Part shown: positions 27,800 through 36,192 of the stretch, piece by piece
Position numbering within the stretch: position 1 is the stretch's first letter
Layout: each line of letters opens with the position of its first letter
NCBI GenBank assembly: GCA_902563095.1
Contig: CACEWA010000006.1
Coordinates: 6,713-70,712, forward strand
DNA: 64,000 nt
Source: an uncultured Candidatus Poseidoniales archaeon
GTDB lineage: Archaea; Thermoplasmatota; Poseidoniia; Poseidoniales; Poseidoniaceae
Reading direction: 5' to 3'
Notes under the pieces: model-generated
Database searches by the model: none
What the model saw: the letters and a program-made list of their open reading frames with translations, nothing else
Told to the model about the DNA's origin: nothing
Translations under genes and position numbers: made by a program

Positions 27800-30700
27800 A
27801 TGGGCAATTCTAGTGTTAGATTAAATAACAAGTTTCTTTGTCAGATAATTGTGAACCGCAAGGCTATACTCCTTACTGCCCTCATGCTATTGGTTTCTGC
27901 AAGCCCGTTTGTTACAACATCATCAGCAAATGAAGTACAGGACATTGAAGTTCTAGATACTGCAGTTTATCCTGGAAACAATCACACCTACCATTTACTT
28001 TCTGCTTCTTCATGGAGTGATGCTGCATCGGTTGCCAGAAGCTTAGGCGGATTTCTAGTTACCATAGATGATGCAGAGGAAGATCAGTGGATTTTTGATA
28101 CATTTGCAGTAGATAACGACACAACTAGACATCTGTGGATTGGATTGTCTGATTATCAAGACGAGGGAGATTACCGCTGGCATGATGGAACGCCATTCAC
28201 TTACAGAAACTGGGGAGATGGTCAACCTGGTAGCGGTGATGATGAAGATTATGTCCATATTACTGGAACTAATATGGGGTCGATAGAACCTGCATCTTGG
28301 AATGACTTAGAGGATGACCCTCAGTATTTCCCTGTATACGGTGTTGTCGAGATTGGAGATGGTGCTGATTATGCACTTCGATTTGATGGAGATGATGACC
28401 ACATCATTATTGATGAAGACTTCCCAGATTGGGGAAATACCTTAGAAATTGAAGCATGGGTAAATGTTGCTGATACTGATGGAATACAATTTGTCACAAT
28501 GTTCGGTGATTATGGCTGGGGACTTTACCTAAATGATGGCTATCTAGCTTACTCCAACGAATACTCCCTCTCTAGAAACCCAACATCCAATGTTTCGATT
28601 CAAGAAAATATTTGGACACATATCAAGGTGGTTGTAAACACAGAAACTGGCGGTGAATTCTTCATTGACAACTCTTCTGCAGGACTTATTGATGTTAATG
28701 ACTCACAAATTCCTTCAGGCGACTTCGGCTCAAACGATTGTTTCCAATCAGGCGAAGAATGTGATGAACTATTTATTGGAAGAATGGGTGCTGGTTGTGA
28801 TTGCAACTATTTCCGTGGAATGATGGATGATGTTCGCATTGGCAATTCACTGAACGAATCGTTATGGATGTTTACTGAAGGCGAGGGAGAATCTACAGAA
28901 GATTCAGAAGGTTTGATTGGTATAATTCACGGTGCTGCATGGGTAATGCCTGATGGCACTATAATTGCACAGGCCTTTGAATTAGAGAATGGTGAATACT
29001 ATGATGGATTCAATGCAAATGCAGGAGATACACTCCTATTCTTCATGGATATACCTGAAAATACTCAGTTTGCATCGCTAAACATGTACTCATGGGATTT
29101 CGAATTTGAAGAAGAATATGAAGAAATCGAATACGAAATCTATCTCGCAAAAGATCGTATTCCTTCAGCATGGGACCATGATTATGAAGTTGAAACATAC
29201 TATGGATTGTATGTATACGAATACTTCGAGTGGCCTGAAGAAGGCACTTATTGGATCACTATTTCTTCAAACTATGATATCGAAGAACTAGAGGTGAATG
29301 CGTACTGGGAAGAAGCACCAGAACCACCCGAACTCGATGAAATGACCGAACTGAACGACGGCATTGCTGTCACAGGTCAGAGAATTACTCGAGATAGCGG
29401 AAAATCACTTTATTTCTATGTAGAACTTGAAGATGAATTAGCTGAATTACGTGTAAAAACTTGGGGAGGACCTGGTGATTGTGAATTGCACATAGCATTA
29501 GATGCTCTTCCATACACTGATGATTGGGGATGGATAGAAGATGGATGGTTTGAAGAGAGTGGTGGAAGTAATGGTCGCCAAATTGGTGGTCAGCAAACTT
29601 CAGACCATTCATATAATTCTGGAAATGATGAGACCGTGCAGATTTTCGATGCTCAACCAGGCATATATTACATCATGATGACATCTTACACTGGATGTCG
29701 AGATGTAACAATTCAGGCGGACTTCACATATGCACCAAATAACGTGGACCCAGAATCTGCAATTGAATTGACTGACGGCATCTCCTATGGTCCATTAAGT
29801 GGTTTCGAAGGACTTGACCAATTCTTCTACATCGATGTACCAGTTGGAACAGAAAGATTGGAAGTTGATTTGAACAATGGTGATGGAGAAGCTAAATTGA
29901 TGATGCGCCTCGACCAATACCCCACATGGTCCACTTATGACAAGCACTCAAATGCCCCTGGTGCAGGTGACAAACTTGGTTTCAATGATCCAACTCCTGG
30001 ACGTTGGTATATCCTCATAGGCAGTGAGGAATATTACAGTCGAATCGATATTACAGCATCATTTGAAGATAGATATGTTTGGACATATGATGGTGAACCA
30101 ATCCAATTATTCAATGAGGAAGAAATCGGTGGTATGAGTGCACCTGAAGATGAAGAATTGTATTTCTTCATAGACTTAGAAGATTCAGCTGCTATGGATT
30201 TGACTATCAAGACATGGGGCGGAGAAGGCGACCTTGGTTTATCTGCTGAAACTGAAGAAATCGAGTGGGATGATTTCGAAGAACGCCCAATGGGTAGACA
30301 ATTTGGTGAAACTCAATTTGAATCAGATTGGAGCGGTGCAGATGAAGAGATTTACATCTTCTTTGCTAGTGGAAGAATTGACATCACGATTTACGCTAAC
30401 ACTGAGATTGAAGATATTTCAATAGTTGCGAAGTGGGATGAAATCGACGAACCAGGACCTGGACCCGGTCCTGAACCCGGACCCGAACCTCCAATCGGTG
30501 ACGACATACTTTCTTGTGACGAGTATGTTAAGGTGATTTTCGAAGAACTAGATCTGAATGGAGATGGAGATATCTCCAGTGATGAATCGTTCGATGGTGA
30601 TGATAACGAATTCGATGAGATTGATATTAACAAAGATGGTGTAATCGACAAAACTGAAGCAATCGTTGCGATATGCACCTGTGAAAATGAACTATATGTT

Positions 30701-31261
30701 ACACTAGAGCAAATCAACACAGATGATAGAGGCGAATTTTCTATTGAATTCCTGTCGAGTATTGCATGGAAAAATGAATACGATTTCTTCGAAATGGATT
30801 CAAACAATAATATGCGAGTAGACTATGATGAAGTCGAGGAATATGGAGAAAATTGTGTAACAACCTATGACCCATTGGATAGGGATGGAGATGGAACTCC
30901 TAACGACAAAGATGCATTCCCCGATGACCCTAGTGAAGATAAGGATACAGATGGTGATGGAGTCGGTGATAATGCAGACATTATCGCTTCAGTGGATAAT
31001 GATGTTATCTGGGTTTCTGCCAGTATTCTTGGGCTTATCCTAGCTACATTCTTGGGAATCATGTTTGTTAGATCACGTAGAGGACCAGAGTATGCTTGGG
31101 AAGAATATCAGAAAGACAGGATGTCTGAATCCATGCTTGCTGGCATGGTTAATTCAGGAGACATGCCTCCTTCACAGGAATCTGTACCCCCGGCACTAGA
31201 CTTAGGGCCGCCTGTAGAAAATGTTCCTGAAGATATGACTGTGTCAGATCTCTACGACTGA
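27800..31261 (+). CDS. Giant acidic mosaic surface protein, in order: signal peptide, C-type lectin-like domain, LamG/ConA-like domain, PPC-like beta-sandwich repeats, PG/PE linker, EF-hand pair, TSP3-like Ca-binding repeats, TM anchor, cytoplasmic tail
   Basis: Signal-like KAILLTALMLLVSASPFVTTSSA. C-type lectin strings GGFLVTIDDAEEDQWI, HLWIGLSDYQDEGDYRWHDGTPFTYRNW and WNDLEDD. LamG-like LRFDGDDDHIIID...YFRGMMDDVRIGN. Repeated KTWGG(P/E)GD motifs. EF-hand loops DLNGDGDISSDE and DINKDGVIDKTE. TSP3-like DRDGDGTPNDKDAFPDDPSEDKDTDGDGVGDNAD. TM segment VIWVSASILGLILATFLGIMFV followed by RSRR and an about 80-aa tail. Confidence 0.8.
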   Translation: MGNSSVRLNNKFLCQIIVNRKAILLTALMLLVSASPFVTTSSANEVQDIEVLDTAVYPGNNHTYHLLSASSWSDAASVARSLGGFLVTIDDAEEDQWIFDTFAVDNDTTRHLWIGLSDYQDEGDYRWHDGTPFTYRNWGDGQPGSGDDEDYVHITGTNMGSIEPASWNDLEDDPQYFPVYGVVEIGDGADYALRFDGDDDHIIIDEDFPDWGNTLEIEAWVNVADTDGIQFVTMFGDYGWGLYLNDGYLAYSNEYSLSRNPTSNVSIQENIWTHIKVVVNTETGGEFFIDNSSAGLIDVNDSQIPSGDFGSNDCFQSGEECDELFIGRMGAGCDCNYFRGMMDDVRIGNSLNESLWMFTEGEGESTEDSEGLIGIIHGAAWVMPDGTIIAQAFELENGEYYDGFNANAGDTLLFFMDIPENTQFASLNMYSWDFEFEEEYEEIEYEIYLAKDRIPSAWDHDYEVETYYGLYVYEYFEWPEEGTYWITISSNYDIEELEVNAYWEEAPEPPELDEMTELNDGIAVTGQRITRDSGKSLYFYVELEDELAELRVKTWGGPGDCELHIALDALPYTDDWGWIEDGWFEESGGSNGRQIGGQQTSDHSYNSGNDETVQIFDAQPGIYYIMMTSYTGCRDVTIQADFTYAPNNVDPESAIELTDGISYGPLSGFEGLDQFFYIDVPVGTERLEVDLNNGDGEAKLMMRLDQYPTWSTYDKHSNAPGAGDKLGFNDPTPGRWYILIGSEEYYSRIDITASFEDRYVWTYDGEPIQLFNEEEIGGMSAPEDEELYFFIDLEDSAAMDLTIKTWGGEGDLGLSAETEEIEWDDFEERPMGRQFGETQFESDWSGADEEIYIFFASGRIDITIYANTEIEDISIVAKWDEIDEPGPGPGPEPGPEPPIGDDILSCDEYVKVIFEELDLNGDGDISSDESFDGDDNEFDEIDINKDGVIDKTEAIVAICTCENELYVTLEQINTDDRGEFSIEFLSSIAWKNEYDFFEMDSNNNMRVDYDEVEEYGENCVTTYDPLDRDGDGTPNDKDAFPDDPSEDKDTDGDGVGDNADIIASVDNDVIWVSASILGLILATFLGIMFVRSRRGPEYAWEEYQKDRMSESMLAGMVNSGDMPPSQESVPPALDLGPPVENVPEDMTVSDLYD
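30452..30493 (+). repeat. Low-complexity Pro-Gly/Pro-Glu linker coding repeat (PGPGPGPEPGPEPP) inside the surface protein gene
   Basis: The sequence cca gga cct gga ccc ggt cct gaa ccc gga ccc gaa cct cca reads in frame. It separates the PPC-like repeats from the EF-hand region. Confidence 0.6.
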
Positions 31262-32211
31262 GTACGCTTTTTCCCAGGCTTGAGTCCAAGCGGACGCATG
31301 AGCGAAAGAACATGTCTGTGCATTTGTGGCAACATTTCGAATAGAACAAGAGCTAGCAGGAACATTGCACCCAATGATACGAACCTTGCTGCATAAGCGT
31401 GTCCAAATTCAAAGATTGTAAGATTCATCCAACGCCAATCTGGGTATCCCATTTGAAGCCAAATTAACCCTGCATTTCTGAATAGATTTAGTATGTGAAT
31501 TAACGATAAAGCGATGAATAGTGCCCTAACACGCTTTCTCCAATCAATTTCTAGAACGGATATTGCACCGACAAAGATAATCATAGATTGTATCGCTGTA
31601 CAAGCCAATACGAAATTGATGTAAATCGGCTCACCATTTACCAACAATTCCGTGTGAAATGAAAATTCTGACATTTCTTCAGTCAAAAACCAGCGATTTC
31701 CTTCCCAATCATTCCAATTGATTGAAGCGCTATTAACGGGATTGGCATAAGTTTCTCCCAAAGTAACATCTGCTCCGCCGGCAAAGGAAAGTAGAGCTGC
31801 AGATTGCCAAGCTACGAACCAAATTGCCAATATGTTCAGCATTGGAATATGTGCGATCATTAGGTAAGGTAATCCAGCAACAGCGACTGTACCTCTAAAC
31901 CAGCGTAATGCCTTAGCGTTTTTTGGCTCTGTAACTTGCTTTTCCCATAACGCAATGGCACAGGCACCTGGTAGTGTTAGTGCACTCATAACGGTCAGAA
32001 CAACATCATCATGCGCAAGGTAAAATCCAATGTCATTAAAGAAATAAAAACCGGTCATCACCCAACCAAATGGTGCTAAGGATTCAAATTTGCCAGAGCG
32101 ACTTTTCCAGGTGATAAATAGAATCAACAATCCCACCGCACCTAGGACGGTTGCGGTTGACCTGTCGACCAGATAGTCACCTGCCATGCTACGCCAAGAA
32201 TGGTGTTTCAT
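31252..32211 (-). CDS. Polytopic membrane protein, possible exosortase/archaeosortase-family transpeptidase
   Basis: 319 aa with about 7-8 TM. Spaced candidate catalytic-type motifs in family order: Cys in INFVLACTAIQSMIIFVG, Arg in ILNLFRNAGLIWL, His in IFEFGHAYAARF. The assignment rests on pattern memory only. Confidence 0.4.
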   Translation of the reverse strand: MKHHSWRSMAGDYLVDRSTATVLGAVGLLILFITWKSRSGKFESLAPFGWVMTGFYFFNDIGFYLAHDDVVLTVMSALTLPGACAIALWEKQVTEPKNAKALRWFRGTVAVAGLPYLMIAHIPMLNILAIWFVAWQSAALLSFAGGADVTLGETYANPVNSASINWNDWEGNRWFLTEEMSEFSFHTELLVNGEPIYINFVLACTAIQSMIIFVGAISVLEIDWRKRVRALFIALSLIHILNLFRNAGLIWLQMGYPDWRWMNLTIFEFGHAYAARFVSLGAMFLLALVLFEMLPQMHRHVLSLMRPLGLKPGKKRTQS

Positions 32212-32259
32212 CTAATGGCTTCGCCTTAATGCACATAGGTATGATTCTTTTCGAAGAGC

Positions 32260-32859
32260 ATGATGCAAGGACCGATAGCGGAGGTTAACCTTTCCGAGAT
32301 AGACTTGGATTGGAACGGAGCGATTGCATTCCTTGATAGAGACGGTGTCTTAAATTACGGCAGTCCACATTACATTAATTCCCCTGAAGAACTAGAAATT
32401 ATTCCTGGAGCAAAGCAAGCAGTACAGGAGTTACGAAATCTTGGATTTAGGATTGCAATTACTACAAATCAATCTGCAATAATGCGAGGATTATGGGGCG
32501 AGGAAACAATCCATGCCATTCACCAACGATTGCAAGAAGAAATTGGAGTGATTGATGTTATCATGACTTGTCCACACAGAAATAGGGATATGTGTAACTG
32601 TAGAAAACCTCGCCCAGGTATGCTCAACAAGGCATCCGAAATCATACGTGGTAAATCTCACAATAGTGTTGACTGGTGGGGTGAAAAGCCCGAACCAATT
32701 CATCGGCTAGACCTAATGGTTGGAGACAGGGATTCAGACATGGGAGCAGGATGGGCAGTTGGTGCTAGATTGTTCAAAGTGGATGAGAATATTGGAATAC
32801 AGCAAGTGATTGAAAGAATCATCAACAATGACCCTGGTGATGTGTTCAGGCCAGTGTGA
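32260..32859 (+). CDS. HAD-IIIA phosphatase, GmhB (D,D-heptose 1,7-bisphosphate phosphatase) / histidinol-phosphatase-like
   Basis: 199 aa with motif I FLDRDGVLN, TTNQS, the Zn-site-like CPHRNRDMCNCRKPRPGM, and VGDRDSDMGAG. Confidence 0.75.
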   Translation: MMQGPIAEVNLSEIDLDWNGAIAFLDRDGVLNYGSPHYINSPEELEIIPGAKQAVQELRNLGFRIAITTNQSAIMRGLWGEETIHAIHQRLQEEIGVIDVIMTCPHRNRDMCNCRKPRPGMLNKASEIIRGKSHNSVDWWGEKPEPIHRLDLMVGDRDSDMGAGWAVGARLFKVDENIGIQQVIERIINNDPGDVFRPV

Positions 32860-32864
32860 TAGTT

Positions 32865-33977
32865 ATGTGGCTAGGACTAGATGATACGGATTCTTTGGAA
32901 GGTGGCTGCACCACCCTAGTTTTCCATGAATTACTCAATTCACTGCCATGTGATCATGGGGAACCAAGATTAACTCGGCTATGGCCGTTTGCAGCTCAAA
33001 GAACACGCGGTAATGCCTCTCTTTCTGTTGAGATATATGCTGATGATTCAATCGTTGAATGGTTGGATGAATATTGGAAGGAAAATATCCTTCCTTTGAA
33101 AGGAATGAAGTCTGAATCTACCCATTCGCAAAGAAAACAATATCCGTCAGACCCCGGAATGACATTATTCGATGAACAGCCTAGTGAAGACTACTATTGG
33201 AAGGCGGTTCGAGGAGAAGTTGGCTTGCTTGAAGGTGGCATCCAATGGGGAGGCAATGGTAGAATCGGTGCTGCTGCATCATGCGCATGGAGGCCTCAAA
33301 AGGCCACATGGGAAGGGATTGCTTGGCGAAAAGGGATTCGTGAAGTGAGTGATGAAGCTCTCATAATTGTGGAAAAAATGGATGAGACATTTTTGTGTCG
33401 AGATCCAAGAACCAATCGTGGATTAATCGCACCAAGAGGTCCATGCCCAGTCATGTTCGGTGTAAGGGCAACTAGTCGAGAGACCGCAAACAAAGCCACT
33501 CAAATTTTAGTAGAGGGTAGTGCTGAAACTATTGGTAATCGAGTTTTTGCCACTAATCAGGCCTCAGGAGACCATATCGAATCAACAATCAAATTGACAA
33601 TTGAAACAAAGGAGATGTTACAAGGTGGACATGTAATTCTGAATGGGAATTGCCTTGCATTCAATGAATCAGGTGATGTAAACAAGATTGCCCAGTGGCT
33701 AGAACTTGAAGACGAAATCGAGTTTATGGGGTTGCAATTTGAAGGCAATTACCATCTAGAAGCAATCAGAGTCATCTCGTCAAGTTCTTCAAAAAGGCCA
33801 ATGTGCGAATGCGGAACTAGAATGAAATCAATGGGTAAAGGGCAAGGTGTTCGCTGTCCTAAATGTAAAGCTCGAAGTGATGAATTGTGGAGTAATGAAG
33901 AGCGAGTACCTCCCTTCCGAGGATGGGTACAACCGCCTGCCGATAAGCGGCGACATTTGGCTAAGACTCTAACATAA
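32865..33977 (+). CDS. tiaS: tRNA(Ile2) 2-agmatinylcytidine synthetase TiaS
   Basis: It has the N-terminus MWLGLDDTDSLEGGCTT typical of TiaS and a C-terminal zinc ribbon (CECG...CPKC). The ORF opens at the GTG at 32856, overlapping the upstream stop; the ATG at 32865 is the likelier start. Confidence 0.85.
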   Translation: MWLGLDDTDSLEGGCTTLVFHELLNSLPCDHGEPRLTRLWPFAAQRTRGNASLSVEIYADDSIVEWLDEYWKENILPLKGMKSESTHSQRKQYPSDPGMTLFDEQPSEDYYWKAVRGEVGLLEGGIQWGGNGRIGAAASCAWRPQKATWEGIAWRKGIREVSDEALIIVEKMDETFLCRDPRTNRGLIAPRGPCPVMFGVRATSRETANKATQILVEGSAETIGNRVFATNQASGDHIESTIKLTIETKEMLQGGHVILNGNCLAFNESGDVNKIAQWLELEDEIEFMGLQFEGNYHLEAIRVISSSSSKRPMCECGTRMKSMGKGQGVRCPKCKARSDELWSNEERVPPFRGWVQPPADKRRHLAKTLT

Positions 33978-34017
33978 CACCCTAAATCTTGATAGCCGGA
34001 TACTACTGCCACCAAAT

Positions 34018-34251
34018 ATGGTAGATTCAACTGAACTAACTTACATCATTCTTGGATTGACTCTTTTGGGCATGATTTGGTATATGACAAACCGTGGAAG
34101 AGCAAACCTTGCCAAAGCACGTGAAGATGCTGCACCAGCAATCGCTGGTGATGATGTTCTAGATGGAGCAGCCAAAAATCCGGAACAATTCGACGAACCT
34201 GATGATGAGGCTCTCGAAGAAATGGCAAAACTATTGGGCGAAGATGAGTGA
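34018..34251 (+). CDS. Small hypothetical membrane protein (N-terminal TM, acidic tail)
   Basis: 77 aa with TM segment LTYIILGLTLLGMIWYM followed by a D/E-rich tail. Its stop abuts the stop of the convergent gene with 0 nt between them. Confidence 0.4.
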   Translation: MVDSTELTYIILGLTLLGMIWYMTNRGRANLAKAREDAAPAIAGDDVLDGAAKNPEQFDEPDDEALEEMAKLLGEDE

Positions 34252-34821
34252 TTAAACAACAAATCCTTCTTCCTTCAAACGAAGTTTTAACTCATTTTCA
34301 TCCATCCAAAGTATTCGTTTAGAGTCTGACTCTGGACGAGTTAGCAACCATACTTTGTCTGCATTCAACTTGTTTTTCCCTCTGGCAACCAATGGACTTG
34401 AATCCATTGAAGTTCCACCTTTTGAAATTAGCAAAGTTGTCCAAGAGGTATCTGAAATCAACTTGTTTACCGCTTTGATTACATCACTTGGTATTGTACC
34501 AGAGTCTGGGCAATAATCATCTAACACAACCAAAGTAACGCCAGGAAGGATCTTGGCACTCTTTAGTAAAGAGCCGATTGCTTGGTCTACATTTCCCACA
34601 AGATTCATTGCATGGAATCTTGAAGAAGCTGTAAGCGAAATCTCAGAAAAAATTTGTGAAAATCTAACTCCGTCAGGCAACTCAGGTGCAGCCCATAGTA
34701 CTCTTCCTCCATCTTCAATCACCTGTCTTGCGATTTGCAAGCCAAGTGTGGTTCCACCACATGACCCTTCTACAGCCAAATGTATGGATGAATCATCTAG
34801 AGAAGGTTTCCAAATTGTCAT
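34252..34821 (-). CDS. Hypothetical protein, possible degenerate RecA/KaiC-like fold
   Basis: 189 aa. The Walker-A-like position reads EGSCGGTTLGLQIA, with the GK[TS] lysine missing. It has a Walker-B-like LVVLDD. It lies 7 nt downstream of the CBS gene on the same strand. Confidence 0.4.
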   Translation of the reverse strand: MTIWKPSLDDSSIHLAVEGSCGGTTLGLQIARQVIEDGGRVLWAAPELPDGVRFSQIFSEISLTASSRFHAMNLVGNVDQAIGSLLKSAKILPGVTLVVLDDYCPDSGTIPSDVIKAVNKLISDTSWTTLLISKGGTSMDSSPLVARGKNKLNADKVWLLTRPESDSKRILWMDENELKLRLKEEGFVV

Positions 34822-34828
34822 TTTATCA

Positions 34829-35377
34829 CTAATCCAGAGAGATCATGGAAGGTACTTCGGTTTCTTCTTCATCCTCATTGCTCCCTAAGAGTAAGTCAAG
34901 GAGGTCTCCTCCTGAATCATCATCCTCGATTTTTTTATCGGTAATCGCTTTACGCGACCTTGATAGTCTTGCAGCCATCAGTAAATGAGCCTCCAGTTTT
35001 CTGGTCGCCTCTCTATAATCTCTTACTGAAAAATAACCAAGGAATTCACCACCTTCATCGACCACAATTACAGCATCAGGAGATGTCGTGCTCATTATGT
35101 CCAAGCCTTTGGAAAGCGGAGTATTTCCAAGCACTGCAAGAATATTTGTTCTCATTATTTTGTCGACTTTTACTTTGGTTGCATTCAGACCTTCAGCCAT
35201 CTTTGCAAAAATATCTCTTGCTGTAACTACGCCAAGTATGTCCTTACCCTTCTTGACAAGAATTGCATGTTCAGGGTTTCTAGAAAGTTCTTGACAAATA
35301 TCACTTACCTTAGTCTTTGATTCCACAACAATGTGTTCATCAGTAATTGACATATCTGATACTGTTGGCTCTTCCAT
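34829..35377 (-). CDS. CBS-domain pair protein with acidic C-terminal tail
   Basis: 182 aa with two CBS-like repeats (ILGVVTARDIFAKM; FLGYFSVRDYREA) and a D/E-rich C-terminus. Confidence 0.7.
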   Translation of the reverse strand: MEEPTVSDMSITDEHIVVESKTKVSDICQELSRNPEHAILVKKGKDILGVVTARDIFAKMAEGLNATKVKVDKIMRTNILAVLGNTPLSKGLDIMSTTSPDAVIVVDEGGEFLGYFSVRDYREATRKLEAHLLMAARLSRSRKAITDKKIEDDDSGGDLLDLLLGSNEDEEETEVPSMISLD

Positions 35378-35462
35378 GGTTATGCGTAATAGTCGAAAGA
35401 AGATATTGGTTTCCCATCATTTAGATGGTAATCCATATGACCCAATTGCTCCTCACACAACC

Positions 35463-35678
35463 ATGGCCGGAGAATTACGCAAGGGTGAAAGGATACCGAG
35501 AAGACCTCTACCGGAGTTTGCTGAAGCAGGAAATTTGGCTGCTGGACTAAAGCGTGATGGTCTAATTAGTACTGCTCTAGAAGATACTAACGAATACGGA
35601 CCGCATTCAATGATTCTTTTGCTAATGGTTGTCGCAACAGCAACCGGTGGAATTCTGCTAGCATTCCGATACTTGTAA
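35463..35678 (+). CDS. Small tail-anchored membrane protein; weak resemblance to Sec61-beta/archaeal Sec-beta
   Basis: 71 aa from the ATG at 35463 (the ORF opens at 35331 but would then overlap the CBS gene start). The single C-terminal TM is SMILLLMVVATATGGILLAF. The upstream AAGLKR loosely recalls the (S/A)AGL(I/M)R(Y/F) motif of Sec-beta. The start is uncertain. Confidence 0.3.
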   Translation: MAGELRKGERIPRRPLPEFAEAGNLAAGLKRDGLISTALEDTNEYGPHSMILLLMVVATATGGILLAFRYL

Positions 35679-35751
35679 TCAGTCCAAAAATCGTCTTTTT
35701 GTTTGATTAAACAAGGGCAATATACAAACCCTTGACAATCAACCAGCAACT

Positions 35752-36192
35752 ATGACTGAAGGTTCGGTTAATGTCGAAAGCCGAACTTCGTCCCAAGATA
35801 AACGTTGGACGATTATGGCTGCATTGCTTGGAACCAATACTGCAGTACTACTTTTCCAGGGTATTGAACAAGAAGCTAACCCGAAATTTGTAAGAGAAGT
35901 TGCATTGACAGTAATAGCAGCAACTATTCCTTTCCAGGGAATTTATTTCTTAATCTACACTTTCTTGCTTGAAAATAATGGTAAACTAAGCGAGGAAATG
36001 ATGGATAGGTTGAATCTGGCTTCTGCTTTGTGCCAAGTTTTAGCCTATATTTCCTTACTAGGAATAATTGCTCTTTGGTACAGTATGTCTAAAATGGTTG
36101 GAATTGCCTTTACTATTTCATCATTGATTGCCATGATACTTGTTCGTGTCGCAATGAAACAACCCGATGAAAAAATTGAGGCTACTGAATAG
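35752..36192 (+). CDS. Hypothetical membrane protein (4 TM)
   Basis: 146-aa ORF with four hydrophobic helices. Its 3' end overlaps purB by 11 nt (convergent). Confidence 0.45.
   Translation: MTEGSVNVESRTSSQDKRWTIMAALLGTNTAVLLFQGIEQEANPKFVREVALTVIAATIPFQGIYFLIYTFLLENNGKLSEEMMDRLNLASALCQVLAYISLLGIIALWYSMSKMVGIAFTISSLIAMILVRVAMKQPDEKIEATE

Noticed and set aside
30452-30493. Short-period GGACC(C/T) nucleotide repeat that could be mistaken for a microsatellite or repeat array
   Set aside because: It is in frame inside the surface protein ORF and encodes a PGPGPGPEPGPEPP inter-domain linker. It has no spacer/repeat architecture.
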